A DNA stretch of 64,000 nt from Candidatus Hydrogenedentota bacterium (GTDB lineage: Bacteria > Hydrogenedentota > Hydrogenedentia > Hydrogenedentales > SLHB01): NCBI GenBank assembly GCA_963668025.2, contig CAXXTH010000017.1:480001-544000 (forward strand). The letters run 5' to 3'. Within the stretch, counting starts at the first letter, position 1. Every line of letters starts with the position of its first letter. This document shows, piece after piece, positions 20,252 to 30,177 of the stretch. The translations under genes were made by a program, and so were the position numbers. The notes under the pieces are model-generated. The model did not search any database, was not told the DNA's origin, and worked only from the letters and a program-made list of their open reading frames with translations.

Positions 20252-20309
20252 GCCTAGTCTCCGGTATTTCCTGTTATCATTCCAGCCGTATGAAGCAAAG
20301 ACGTTTTTT

Positions 20310-20497
20310 GTAACACTTTAGCCAAGGGGTGAAGAATGACCGGCGAGGGCGCCGGTCCCACAATTTGATTGCATTAAAAAGTGTGGGACCGACGCCCTCG
20401 TCGGTCTTCAGATGCAAAATAATGTATCAATACCAGCGCAAGGCAATAAACAAGGCTGCCAAATATCAGATGCTACTTCAGTCGGCTAAAGTGTTAC
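20310..20497. mobile_element. GTAACACTTTAG MITE carrying a GTGGGACCG REP doublet
   Basis: TIR gtaacactttagcc / ggctaaagtgttac; internal inverted REPs 20338-20406; no TSD seen. Confidence 0.8.
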
Positions 20498-20611
20498 CCG
20501 CTTTCATATCCTCTTTTATTGTAACAGTCGCCATATCCGTTTTCTGGCGTACCCGTTCTGATTACCGATATCTTGTCCCCTTTCGTCACAAAAACTGTCC
20601 TGCTTTTGGCG

Positions 20612-20846
20612 CCTTCCAAAAACTCGCTGCGTGCGATTTTGTATCGCCGCAACGTCGAAAAAGTGCATTCAAGCGAGATCCGTACGCCCAAAGCGGCAGC
20701 AAGCTGCCGCACTCCAAATCGTTTCAAAAGAAATACTTAGACTGTATATGGATTGCGGTAGCTTGCTACCACTTTTTTGTTCTCTTTTGCTTATCTCGCC
20801 AGTATTTCCTCGCTATTGGCTTGTCCACACAGTTTTTGGAAATCCC
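20612..20846. mobile_element. MITE with TTCCAAAAA/TTTTTGGAAATCCC ends, copy 2, carrying a GGAGTGCGG-type REP doublet
   Basis: Direct repeat cttttggcg at 20603-20611 and 20847-20855; REPs at 20690-20716 and 20749-20776. Confidence 0.85.
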
Positions 20847-20872
20847 CTTTTGGCGGCGGCTATATTTGCCAC

Positions 20873-22546
20873 TTAGTAATTTTTCGAGCGGAGGATCGAG
20901 ATCACGAGGGCAAGGCCGAGCACGCCCGCCATGAGATAGCCCGCCATGCCAATATGGCGCACCGCCGAGCCGGTCGAAATGAGCAAGCTCGAACCGATGA
21001 TGATAGACCCGGTGATCACGCCGACCGTCAAGCGGTTGCTGGCCCGGTCAAGCACCGCCGCCACATAATTCAGCTTCTCGTGCTGCAGATGGATTTGGAA
21101 CTTGCCGCGCCGCAGCATGCGCAGCAAATGGCGCACATCGCCTGGAAACTGCCTGGCGAGGTGCAGCAGCGAGGTGAATTCTTGACGCACATCACCGAGG
21201 ATGGCCATGGGCGAGAAACGCTCGGCGATGATTTGCTCGACGTACGGGCGTATGACCGGGATCATATCCATATCAGGATCAAGCTGCCGGCCTGTCGATT
21301 CGATGGTCGCCAGGGCCTTGAGGAGCAGGCTGAAGCGCGGGGCGAGCCGAAGCTTGTGCCGCCGCAGCACCACGATCACCTGTTCAATGGCCTTGCCCAC
21401 CATCCCCCCCGCCACGACCGCTTTGGCTTGGAAGGCGATATACTCCGCGATATCGTGTTCGAGGGCCTCCGGGTCGTCCACTTCGCCATCCGAGGTGAAC
21501 ATGAGCACGGCTTGGGTACAGCCTTCAGGATTCTCATCGAACACCGCCCGCAGCAGGTCCGCCATGGCCTGCACATCGCTGCGTTCGAGATGCCCCACCA
21601 TGCCGTAATCGAGAAACGCAAGCTGGTTATTCTTCGTCACGAGAATATTGCCGGGATGCGGATCCGCATGGAACAAGTGATCCCGGAAAACTTGCTTGCA
21701 CAGCACATCGCAGCCGCGGAAGGCGACGATTTTCGGGTCGCTGTGGCGTTCGGGGAAACGTTCGACGGCGTCCACGCGCACGCCATCGATCCAGTCCATG
21801 GTCAAAATCGTGTTCGCGCAGCAATCGGGATAAGTTCGCGGTACAAAGACAAAAGCGTTGTTCTCGAAGTTCGCACGGAACCGGTCTATGACACGCGCTT
21901 CGAGCATGAAATCCAGCTCGCGGCTAATCGCGCGCTCGAATTCCTCCACCATGCCCTTGGGGTCCATGAGCCCAAGATCCACGGAGTGTTCGGCGGCCCA
22001 ATCCGCTGCGCCGCGCAACAAGCTTAGATCCGCCTGGATCGTCCCAGGCGCTTTCGGCCGCTGCACCTTGACCGCCACGGTTTGCCCGGTCTTGAGCCGC
22101 GCCCGATAGACCTGGCTCAGCGATGCGGCGGCCACGGGTTCTTCCGGGAATTCGCTGAACATCTCGCTAATCGGCCCGCCAAGCGCCTTTTCAATGGCGG
22201 GCTTCATGATATCAAACGGTTCCGGAGCGACCTGGTCTTGCAGCCTGCACAATTCCTTGGCCATATCATGGCCGACAAGATCGGGCCGCGTGCTGAGGAG
22301 TTGCCCGAGCTTGATGAAAGTCGGGCCCAATTCAGTAAGGGCCGCGCGCAACCGATAGCCCACATCGTGCCGCTCTGGGCTTGGCGCTTCGATCACGCGA
22401 ATGCCGCGCAATATCTTGGCGGGAATACCTTCATACACGCCGATGCGCCGGAGGAGGTCAGCAAAGCCATGGCGCAGGAGCACCCGCACGACATCCGCAA
22501 GCCGCAGACCGTTGCCTACGCGTTTCTTTAAGGTGTTATACGGCAT
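20873..22546 (-). CDS. ubiB: AarF/ABC1/UbiB family kinase
   Basis: ELGPTFIKLGQLLSTRPDL, AAASLSQVY, VAVKVQRP, FHADPHPGN, LDYGMVG, C-terminal TMs. Confidence 0.88.
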   Translation of the reverse strand: MPYNTLKKRVGNGLRLADVVRVLLRHGFADLLRRIGVYEGIPAKILRGIRVIEAPSPERHDVGYRLRAALTELGPTFIKLGQLLSTRPDLVGHDMAKELCRLQDQVAPEPFDIMKPAIEKALGGPISEMFSEFPEEPVAAASLSQVYRARLKTGQTVAVKVQRPKAPGTIQADLSLLRGAADWAAEHSVDLGLMDPKGMVEEFERAISRELDFMLEARVIDRFRANFENNAFVFVPRTYPDCCANTILTMDWIDGVRVDAVERFPERHSDPKIVAFRGCDVLCKQVFRDHLFHADPHPGNILVTKNNQLAFLDYGMVGHLERSDVQAMADLLRAVFDENPEGCTQAVLMFTSDGEVDDPEALEHDIAEYIAFQAKAVVAGGMVGKAIEQVIVVLRRHKLRLAPRFSLLLKALATIESTGRQLDPDMDMIPVIRPYVEQIIAERFSPMAILGDVRQEFTSLLHLARQFPGDVRHLLRMLRRGKFQIHLQHEKLNYVAAVLDRASNRLTVGVITGSIIIGSSLLISTGSAVRHIGMAGYLMAGVLGLALVISILRSKNY

Positions 22547-22779
22547 TCGTCCTCATCCCGCCGTGGCGGCAATACATAATGAATAAAGCTCATTATATTT
22601 ATAAAACATATCATAAAGCACTCGAAATCGGCATCTTGCATCCTTTGAATCAAACGCAATCCTGTGTATACTACAGTTTTAATAGACCTTTTCCATTTGA
22701 TGGTTTCATATTGAGCATAAACGGGTTGAACAAAACCAATCTGTTCCATCTAGAAGATGTTTGGCCGGAGGCAGATACA

Positions 22780-24204
22780 ATGCTGAAGCAATTAAGAATA
22801 TATAATTTTAAAGGGTGGCAAGACACCGGCTTGATTCGCATGGCTCCCATTACGTTATTCTTCGGGGTGAATAGTTCTGGTAAGTCGAGCATTGGCCATT
22901 TTTTAATGATGCTGAAACAAACAGTCGAATCGCCGGATCGAAAGGCGGTGCTTTACCCAGGGGGCAGAAATTCCGCTATCCAACTTGGTTCTTATCGGGA
23001 TATGGTATTCAAGCATGACGAAGAAAAGAAAATTACTTTTGAATATGAATGGGTGCTTCCAAAGGATTTAGATTTTGATGATCCTTTGACTAAAGAAAGG
23101 TACTCGGGAAACTCGATGTCTTTTGAGGCCCAAGTCGGTATCGATAAAAAAGCAGGTGATAAAAAAGACGATGAAAAGAAAGAAGAAAAGCCTTTAGTCG
23201 CTGATTATTTAAAGTATCAGCTTCACAAAGACAATGATTCCACGATTTCTTTCACAATGACACGCAAGAATGGCGGAAAAACTGAATTTGACGTGCAAGC
23301 AGATAAATATAAGTTGGTTAGACAGTTAGGCCGCGCTTGGTCTATCAAAGCCCCCTATCGCTTCTATGGAATACCCGATGAAGTGGTGGCGTATCATCAA
23401 AATGCAGGATTCGTGCAACTACTCAATCTATGCCAAGAGAATCTATACCGGTCTGTTTTTTATCTAGGGCCTCTCCGCACAAAACCGGAGCGGTTATACG
23501 CTTGGAGTGGAAATGAACCTGAAAGTGTTGGATTCTCGGGTGAAAATGCTATTGCCGCCATTTTGGCTGCCCGGAAGCGCAAGATCAATTTTGGTGCAAA
23601 CAGACATACAAAGCCATTTGAAGCGCTTCTAGCATCGGAACTCAAGGAGATGGAGCTGATAGAAGAATTTAAAGTCAATCCTATTTCGATCCATCGACAG
23701 GAATATGAAGTAAAGATACGGACAATAGGATCAAGTGAATGGGTGGATTTGCCTGATGTCGGTTTTGGTATTTCCCAAGTGCTTCCAGTGTTGGTGCAGT
23801 GTTTTTATGCGCCACATAATTCTATTATCTTAATGGAACAGCCAGAGATTCATTTGCATCCGAAAGCACAAGCCGCATTAGCGGATGTGATGATTGATGT
23901 AATCAACTCTAGAGAAAATGGCAAAGATCGCAACATCCAGCTTATTATCGAAACACACTCTGAACATTTTCTGCGAAGATTGCAGAGGCGAATCGCAGAG
24001 AATTCCGATCTTTATGAAAAAGTATCTGCATATTTTGCCAATATGACAACGCCCCCCCCCTGTTTGGAGCCGCTTCAAATAGATTTATACGGAAACATTC
24101 TAAACTGGCCTGAGAATTTCTTCGGCGACGAAATGGGCGATATTACCGCACAAGCCAAAGCAGCTCTGCAAAAACGGAAACAACTACAGAAACAACAGGC
24201 TTGA
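22780..24204 (+). CDS. ABC/AAA_21-type ATPase with DUF3696-like C-terminus
   Basis: IYNFKG, Walker A GVNSSGKS, DVGFGISQVLP signature, MEQPEIHLHP, ETHSEH, WPENFF; GGAGG RBS; AT-rich. Confidence 0.88.
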   Translation: MLKQLRIYNFKGWQDTGLIRMAPITLFFGVNSSGKSSIGHFLMMLKQTVESPDRKAVLYPGGRNSAIQLGSYRDMVFKHDEEKKITFEYEWVLPKDLDFDDPLTKERYSGNSMSFEAQVGIDKKAGDKKDDEKKEEKPLVADYLKYQLHKDNDSTISFTMTRKNGGKTEFDVQADKYKLVRQLGRAWSIKAPYRFYGIPDEVVAYHQNAGFVQLLNLCQENLYRSVFYLGPLRTKPERLYAWSGNEPESVGFSGENAIAAILAARKRKINFGANRHTKPFEALLASELKEMELIEEFKVNPISIHRQEYEVKIRTIGSSEWVDLPDVGFGISQVLPVLVQCFYAPHNSIILMEQPEIHLHPKAQAALADVMIDVINSRENGKDRNIQLIIETHSEHFLRRLQRRIAENSDLYEKVSAYFANMTTPPPCLEPLQIDLYGNILNWPENFFGDEMGDITAQAKAALQKRKQLQKQQA

Positions 24205-24223
24205 ACAAGATGGGAAATCATGG

Positions 24224-24757
24224 ATGAGACGCTTGCCTGCTATATGTGTGGTTGATACAAATGTGCCTAAAACGGCCAATCGTTCTATAAATCCCGCAAA
24301 CATACCCGATGATTTAGTTGATTGCGTGGATGCATGCGTGGATGCAATTGAACATGTTATCAATAGCAGGGGCTTAGTTCTTGATGATGGGGATGAGATA
24401 TTTGAGGAGTATCGGCGGCAACTAAAGATGAAAGGCCAGCCTGGGGTTGGAGACCGGTTTATGAAATGGGTCCACGACAATCGATGGAGGCTTCCTGCTG
24501 CAAATCGGGTGAAAATAACAAAAACCGCCAATTCATACCTCGAATTTCCAGCTCATGTTGGATTATCCAGATTTGATCCTTCTGACCACAAGTTCCTCGC
24601 CGTCGCGAATGCTCATCCTGAGAAACCTGCTATTCTGCAAGCTGTTGACAGTAAATGGTGGGGATTCAAAGATGCTCTCACTGACGCTGGAATCACGGTT
24701 CACTTTCTATGCGAGAGCTACACAGAAAAGAAATACACGAAGAAGATGAAGCAATAA
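24224..24757 (+). CDS. PIN-like domain protein
   Basis: VVDTNV, IFEEY, DPSDHKFLAVA, AVDSKW provide the spaced acidic residues of a PIN fold; 19 bp after ATPase stop. Confidence 0.7.
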   Translation: MRRLPAICVVDTNVPKTANRSINPANIPDDLVDCVDACVDAIEHVINSRGLVLDDGDEIFEEYRRQLKMKGQPGVGDRFMKWVHDNRWRLPAANRVKITKTANSYLEFPAHVGLSRFDPSDHKFLAVANAHPEKPAILQAVDSKWWGFKDALTDAGITVHFLCESYTEKKYTKKMKQ

Positions 24758-24785
24758 GGCTACAACGGCTTCATGAAACTTGCCT

Positions 24786-25349
24786 CTATTGCGCTCTTCT
24801 TCCTGTTTGTTTGATGTAATGTTCCGCCCGCAAGAGGGCGATGATGCTCATGGCGTCGGTAATGGCTCCCTCATGAACCATGTCGATGGCGGTTTGAAAG
24901 GGAACTCTGCGCACTTCGAGCACTTCCGTGCCTTCGGGGTCAGGTTCATTCTCTTCCAGTTCTTCCGCTAGATATGCGTAGGCGATCTCGTTTGAAAAGC
25001 AATTGCTCAAGTGAATCGGCCCGCCTAAAGACGTCCATTTTCTTGCGGTAATGCCCGCTTCCTCCCGTAATTCGCGCTGGATCGCCTCGATAGGTTCTTC
25101 GCCGGGATCGGCCCCGCCCTCGGGAACCTCCCAGGAGTAGGCATCGAGCGGATAACGGTATTGCCCCACCAAATACACCTGCATATCTTCGGTGAGCGCC
25201 ACCACGCCCGTGGCGATGCGGGTCTCGACGACGCCATAGATGCCTGGTTTGCCATCTGGCCGGATCACCTTGTCTTCGCGCACGGTGATCCAGGGATTCG
25301 AATAGACCATGCGCTGTTCGAGTGTTTTCCATGGATTATGGGAGGACAT
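24786..25349 (-). CDS. NUDIX hydrolase (ADP-ribose pyrophosphatase-like)
   Basis: QYRYP and Nudix box GGADPGEEPIEAIQRELREEAG; start trimmed to MSSHNPW. Confidence 0.9.
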   Translation of the reverse strand: MSSHNPWKTLEQRMVYSNPWITVREDKVIRPDGKPGIYGVVETRIATGVVALTEDMQVYLVGQYRYPLDAYSWEVPEGGADPGEEPIEAIQRELREEAGITARKWTSLGGPIHLSNCFSNEIAYAYLAEELEENEPDPEGTEVLEVRRVPFQTAIDMVHEGAITDAMSIIALLRAEHYIKQTGRRAQ

Positions 25350-25430
25350 GCCATTACTTCCTTTCTTCTGCCGCAAGCCAAAGCCCCAGCATAACAGAAC
25401 TTGGCGCTCATTTCCGCACGAGGCGTATTC

Positions 25431-27253
25431 GAGGCATTTGCGAAATAAAGAAAATCCGTATTGACAAGGGTTTACAAAGCGGCGGAATTGGCGCCTACCC
25501 CGGAGAATGCGGGGAAAGGGGCTTGGCGGGGGCATGAATAAGGATTTTTTGTGAAAAATCACCCCAAATGCCCTCGGCGAGCGGGAAAAGGCGTAACGTC
25601 TCCCGTGTGTGATTGTAGTATAGTTGACCACATAACCACGCACACACCAAGGAGACGTTTGCGATGGCCATTATACACCAAATGGGGTTGTTCTCGTGGA
25701 ACCAGGTCGACGCGGCGTCGGATCTGGATCGGCTGAACCTGTTGCTGGCGGCGCTGCCGGATGAAGATTTGATGCGGGCGATGGAAGCCGAACGCAAGGG
25801 GCGGCGCGACGATTATCCTATCCGCGCGATGTGGAACAGCATACTGGCGGGGATCGTCTTCCAGCACGACGGCGTCGAAAGCCTGCGCCGCGAACTAGCC
25901 CGAAACGGGCAATTGCGCCAGTTGTGCGGATTCGACGTGTTGCGGGGCGCCAAGGCGGTCCCGCCCCGAATGGGTGTACACGCGGTTCTTCGCCAGATTA
26001 CTGCGCCACTGGAAAGAAGTGGACCGGATGTTCGACGCGCTCATCGTCCGGCTGATGGAACGCTTGCCGGATCTCGGGGTGCGTCTGGCCGTAGACTCGA
26101 AAGCCATCCAAACCCACGCCAAGCCTCCGCGCAAAGACGCGGTCCTGGAAAACGAAGAGCCGGACGGGCGGCGCGACCGCGACGCAGACTGGGGCACGAA
26201 AACCTACAAGGGCGTTCACAAGGACGGCACGCCCTGGGAGAAGGTCAAACGGTGGTTCGGCTACAAGCTGCACCTCATCGTGGACACGAAATATGAATTG
26301 CCGCTGGGCTACGCGGTCACGAAAGCCAGCGCCAACGACTCGCCCTTTCTGCTGCCCCTCGTGGCGGCTCTCGACGCGCGCCACCCCGAACTCGTCCAAC
26401 GCGCCGAGTACCTCAGCGCCGACAAGGGCTATGATTCCGAAGCCAACAACAAGGGCCTCTTCGAGGAACATGAAATCCGGCCCATCGTGGACATCCGGGC
26501 GACCTGGAAAGAAGAACCGGAACGGCCCCGCCCTTTATATCCCGAACGGGTAGACACGATCTTCCATACCGAACGAGGTGAAGTCCTCTGCCGGTGTCGT
26601 AACGGCGCCCCAAACGAACGCGACAACTATGATTCCATGGCCTACCAAGGATTCGAGCAAGATCGGGGAACCTTGAAATACCGTTGCCCAGCCAAGGCGC
26701 GCGGGAGCGCCTGTACCCAGCAAGACCTCTGCAACCAAGGATGCCAGCCCGAACACGGACGGATTGTCCGCGTGCCCATCGCTATCGACCGGCGCATCTT
26801 TACCCCCCTGCCCCGCAGCGCCAAATCCTGGCGCCGCGAATACAAACACCGCACCGCCATCGAGCGAGTCAACAGCCGACTCGACGGCGCATACGGATTC
26901 GAGCGCCACTACATCCGCGGTATGAAAAAGATGCGCGCCCGCACCGGATTAGCCCTCCTCGTCATGCTCGGCATGGCCCTGGGATGGCTCGAAGCCGGCC
27001 AGGCAGAACGCATGCGCTCGCTCCTCGGACAGCCCCGCGCCGCATAGATCACATCGAATCCGCACAAGCAATGATGGCCCGAATCAAGGGCAAACCATGC
27101 CCATTCGGGCCGCAAGGGTCCTACACGCGAACCTCCTGCATGATTTATTGCACCCGTAGCGGAGGCGTAATCCCATTGCCACAGGCGAAAACCGCTCCGC
27201 GTGTGCCCGCACCGTCCGCGCGTTCGCAAACCACGCTATTTCGCAAATGCCTC
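25431..27253 (+). mobile_element. Complete insertion sequence (IS1182/IS5-like DDE), 1823 bp
   Basis: Perfect 17-bp TIRs GAGGCATTTGCGAAATA / TATTTCGCAAATGCCTC and 5-bp TSD tattc on both sides. Confidence 0.9.
25664..27047 (+). pseudogene. DDE transposase with one-base frameshift near 25964-25967
   Basis: N-terminal DUF772-like part in one frame, VDSK / FGYKLHL / ADKGYD / RTAIERVNSRL in next; deleting one C of ccgccccgaa restores VPPEWVYTRF. Confidence 0.8.
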
Positions 27254-27364
27254 TATTCCTGGCTTGCGCGCAAGGCGGTGGCAGGCCCTTCCCCCAGTCG
27301 GCATTCTTTTCCTAGCATGCGGGGCCATACATGTCCTTTTTGGCATGTTTGGCCCTGTTTTTTC

Positions 27365-27381
27365 TTGGCATACTCTTTGCT
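27365..27381 (+). promoter_or_regulatory. Sigma-54 -24/-12 promoter for the flgF operon
   Basis: TTGGCAT-N5-TTGCT (GG-N10-GC) ~165 bp upstream of flgF. Confidence 0.6.
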
Positions 27382-27544
27382 CTTCATTCTACATGCCTGA
27401 TTACAACCAGGTCATTTGAATTGGCTGGCCCGGACCCGTTAAGTGGCGTCCCCATCGCTGCTTCGCGGCCGCTGTTGTCCAGACTGCAACCGGGCCACCG
27501 CATATAAGCGCCTTCGGGCGAAACGATAGATGAGGTAGAGGGCG

Positions 27545-28303
27545 ATGATTTCGGGATTGTACGCGGCGGGCCTCGGCATGATGGCCCTGGAGCAGCGGCA
27601 GGACACGGTGGCGAATAACATCGCCAATGCGTCCACGCCGGGCTACAAGCGTCAATACGCCGTGGACAAGGGCTTCTACCAGCTTTTGTATCAAAGGTCG
27701 CGCGACCCCTTTTGGGCCAATCGCGTCACGGCTCCGGGCGGCGGCCTCCAGCTCAACGAGACCTACACGGATTTTGCATCGGGCCCCATCACGACTACAG
27801 AGAATCCGCTCGATGTGGCGCTGCGCGGGAATGGCTATCTTGCGGTCAACACGCCGGAGGGTGAGCGTTACACGCGGGACGGCGCGATGCGCCTCGATAC
27901 TACCGGGCAGATTGTGAATTCAGATGGGTATCCTGTGTTGGATGAAGTCGGCCAGCCCATCGTCGCAGATGGGAGCAAAGTCGAGATCAACGCCGATGGC
28001 ACGGTCATCGTGGATGGCCAAGCTACGAGCAAGTTGCGCATCACCGAATTTCAAAATCCCGGCTTGTTGCAGCGTGCGGGCAAAAACCTGTTATCTGCTT
28101 CTCCCGAGGCCCTTCAACAATCCGCGCCTGCAACGGAAACAACGCTTATCTCGGGGGCCATCGAGCAGTCAAATGTGCAGCTTCCCACTGAAATGATCAG
28201 CATGATTCTGGGTGTGCGCCATTATGAGGCCAACCAGAAAGTGATTAATACGATTGATGAAACCATGAACCGGTTGATCGATCAAGTGGGTATGCCGGGT
28301 TAA
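27545..28303 (+). CDS. flgF: Flagellar basal-body rod protein FlgF
   Basis: ANNIANASTPGYK, YTRDG, IEQSNV; precedes flgG. Confidence 0.85.
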   Translation: MISGLYAAGLGMMALEQRQDTVANNIANASTPGYKRQYAVDKGFYQLLYQRSRDPFWANRVTAPGGGLQLNETYTDFASGPITTTENPLDVALRGNGYLAVNTPEGERYTRDGAMRLDTTGQIVNSDGYPVLDEVGQPIVADGSKVEINADGTVIVDGQATSKLRITEFQNPGLLQRAGKNLLSASPEALQQSAPATETTLISGAIEQSNVQLPTEMISMILGVRHYEANQKVINTIDETMNRLIDQVGMPG

Positions 28304-28362
28304 GCGGATAAACGCGTGAGCCCATCCACTTTATCTCGGCGGCCAATCAAGGAGGGTAGCCA

Positions 28363-29151
28363 ATGATCCGCGCGCTGTTTACCGCGGCCACCGGCATGAT
28401 CGGCCAGCAACTCAATGTGGACACTATCGCGAACAATCTCGCGAATGTGAACACCACCGGCTTCAAGAAGAGCCACGTCCATTTTCAAGATCTTATTTAC
28501 GAGACGCTTAAGCCCGCCGGCACGGAAACGACGAATGGGCAGATTATCCCCCAAGGCATTCAAGTGGGCCATGGCGTCCGGCCTTCCTCGATTGCAAAAA
28601 TATACACGACAGGCAGCTTTGTCCAAACAGGAAATTCTCTAGATATCGCCATCGAGGGCGATGGTTTTTTTCAAGTGCTGCTGCCGGATGGCACCCGCGC
28701 CTACACTCGGGATGGTTCGTTTCAAATTGACGCCAATGGCACCCTTGTCACGGCGGATGGGTATTACCTTGATCCGCAGATCACCATCCCCACGGATTAC
28801 CAGCAAATCGATATCGGTTCCGACGGGGTCGTTTCGGCGACGGTATCAGGCCAGGATCCGCAAAATGTGGGCCAGATTCAGCTTGCCCGCTTTGTGAACA
28901 ACGCTGGACTCGATGCGAGCCGGGGCCGGAATTTGTTGCTTGAGACCGTTGCCTCGGGAACCGCCACGGAAGGAGTCCCCTCCGATCCCGGTTTTGGCAC
29001 CATCGAGCAAGGCTTCCTCGAAAACTCGAATGTGCAAGTCGTGGAGGAAATCCTCAACCTGATTATCGCCCAGCGGGCTTACGAAGCTAATTCCAAAGTG
29101 ATCACGTCCTCCGATGAGATGCTCCAGACCGCGAACCAATTGAAGCGGTAA
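28363..29151 (+). CDS. flgG: Flagellar basal-body rod protein FlgG
   Basis: MIRALFTAATGM, ANNLANVNTTGFK, LENSNV, AQRAYEANSK. Confidence 0.95.
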   Translation: MIRALFTAATGMIGQQLNVDTIANNLANVNTTGFKKSHVHFQDLIYETLKPAGTETTNGQIIPQGIQVGHGVRPSSIAKIYTTGSFVQTGNSLDIAIEGDGFFQVLLPDGTRAYTRDGSFQIDANGTLVTADGYYLDPQITIPTDYQQIDIGSDGVVSATVSGQDPQNVGQIQLARFVNNAGLDASRGRNLLLETVASGTATEGVPSDPGFGTIEQGFLENSNVQVVEEILNLIIAQRAYEANSKVITSSDEMLQTANQLKR

Positions 29152-29196
29152 AACGGGCCTGGACTCCTCGCGGATAAAGTAGAAGAGTAACCGCCT

Positions 29197-30165
29197 GTGC
29201 ATGGTATGAATAGGAACGCCGCCATGAACAAGATACTAACAGCCATCCTCTGCGCGTCGCTGGCATTGCCAGCTATCGCTGCGGATCGGATCGAGGTGAA
29301 ACCCGACGCCAGCGTCGCCGGTCCGGTGTTGCGGCTGGGCGATGTGGCCACGATCTCGGGCGAAGACATCGATCTCCTCAAGGATATCGAAATCGGCCCC
29401 GCCGCGTTGCCCGGGCAGACCCGCGTGGTGCAAGCCTCGCTGATCAAATCAAGCATCGAGCGGCAGGGATTTGACCTCTCGAGCCTCGAAATCAACGGCG
29501 CGGAGAATGTCCGCGCTACCACGTCGCATCTTGCCCTTGACAAGGCCGGCCTTGAAAAAGACCTCCGGCATTTTATCGAACTGGAAATGCCTTGGGAAGC
29601 CGCCAATACGACTGTCGATGTTGTTGCCCCCAATTTCGAAGTCGTGTTGCCAGAAGGCCAAGTGACGATTGACTGGCGGTGCAGCCCCACTTACCGGTAT
29701 CTAGGAACAGGCTCCTTTCGAGGGGATGTGAAAGTGAACGGCGAGGTCCAGCGCTCTGTGCTATGCCGGGCTGATATCGAAGCGTATGGCGAAGTGGTGG
29801 TCGCCGCCACGGACATTCCCCGGGGCGCGATTTTCTCCGAGAAAAATCTCACCATCGAGCCGCGCGCCCTTTCGACCGTGCCTCGAAACACCATCGAAGA
29901 TCCGGGCGAGCTGCTGGGGCAGGCCGCGAAACGCACTCTATTTCTGGGACAGATTCTCACCACTTCGCATGCCTGTTCGCGCACCCTCATCAAACGCAAC
30001 CAAATCGTATCCGTCGAAGCGCAGACAGACGCTTTGCGCGTGCATATGCAAGCGAAAGCCCTCGCGGATGGCGGAGAAGGGGATGCGATTCCTTGCCAGA
30101 ATACCTCGTCGAAACAAGAATTCGTCGGAATCATCCAGCCGGGCGGAACCGTCCAGGTGAAATAG
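29197..30165 (+). CDS. flgA: P-ring assembly chaperone FlgA
   Basis: Signal peptide, RLGDVA, SAF domain and KALADG...CQNTSSK C-terminus; synteny; true start may be 29224. Confidence 0.85.
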   Translation: MHGMNRNAAMNKILTAILCASLALPAIAADRIEVKPDASVAGPVLRLGDVATISGEDIDLLKDIEIGPAALPGQTRVVQASLIKSSIERQGFDLSSLEINGAENVRATTSHLALDKAGLEKDLRHFIELEMPWEAANTTVDVVAPNFEVVLPEGQVTIDWRCSPTYRYLGTGSFRGDVKVNGEVQRSVLCRADIEAYGEVVVAATDIPRGAIFSEKNLTIEPRALSTVPRNTIEDPGELLGQAAKRTLFLGQILTTSHACSRTLIKRNQIVSVEAQTDALRVHMQAKALADGGEGDAIPCQNTSSKQEFVGIIQPGGTVQVK

Positions 30166-30177
30166 GAGCGTAATCAA

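Noticed and set aside
20329-20934. 201-aa ORF in the ispE-ubiB gap
   Set aside because: Translation of two adjacent MITEs; no protein features
20777-22027. 416-aa plus-strand ORF
   Set aside because: Antisense to ubiB; begins within a MITE
22381-22779. N-terminal extension of the ATPase in the ORF track
   Set aside because: Overlaps ubiB; a clear RBS and family-typical start MLKQLRIYNFK lie at 22780
25960-25975. Programmed frameshift in the IS transposase
   Set aside because: No A-rich slippery heptamer and this transposase type is normally a single ORF; a one-base indel explains it
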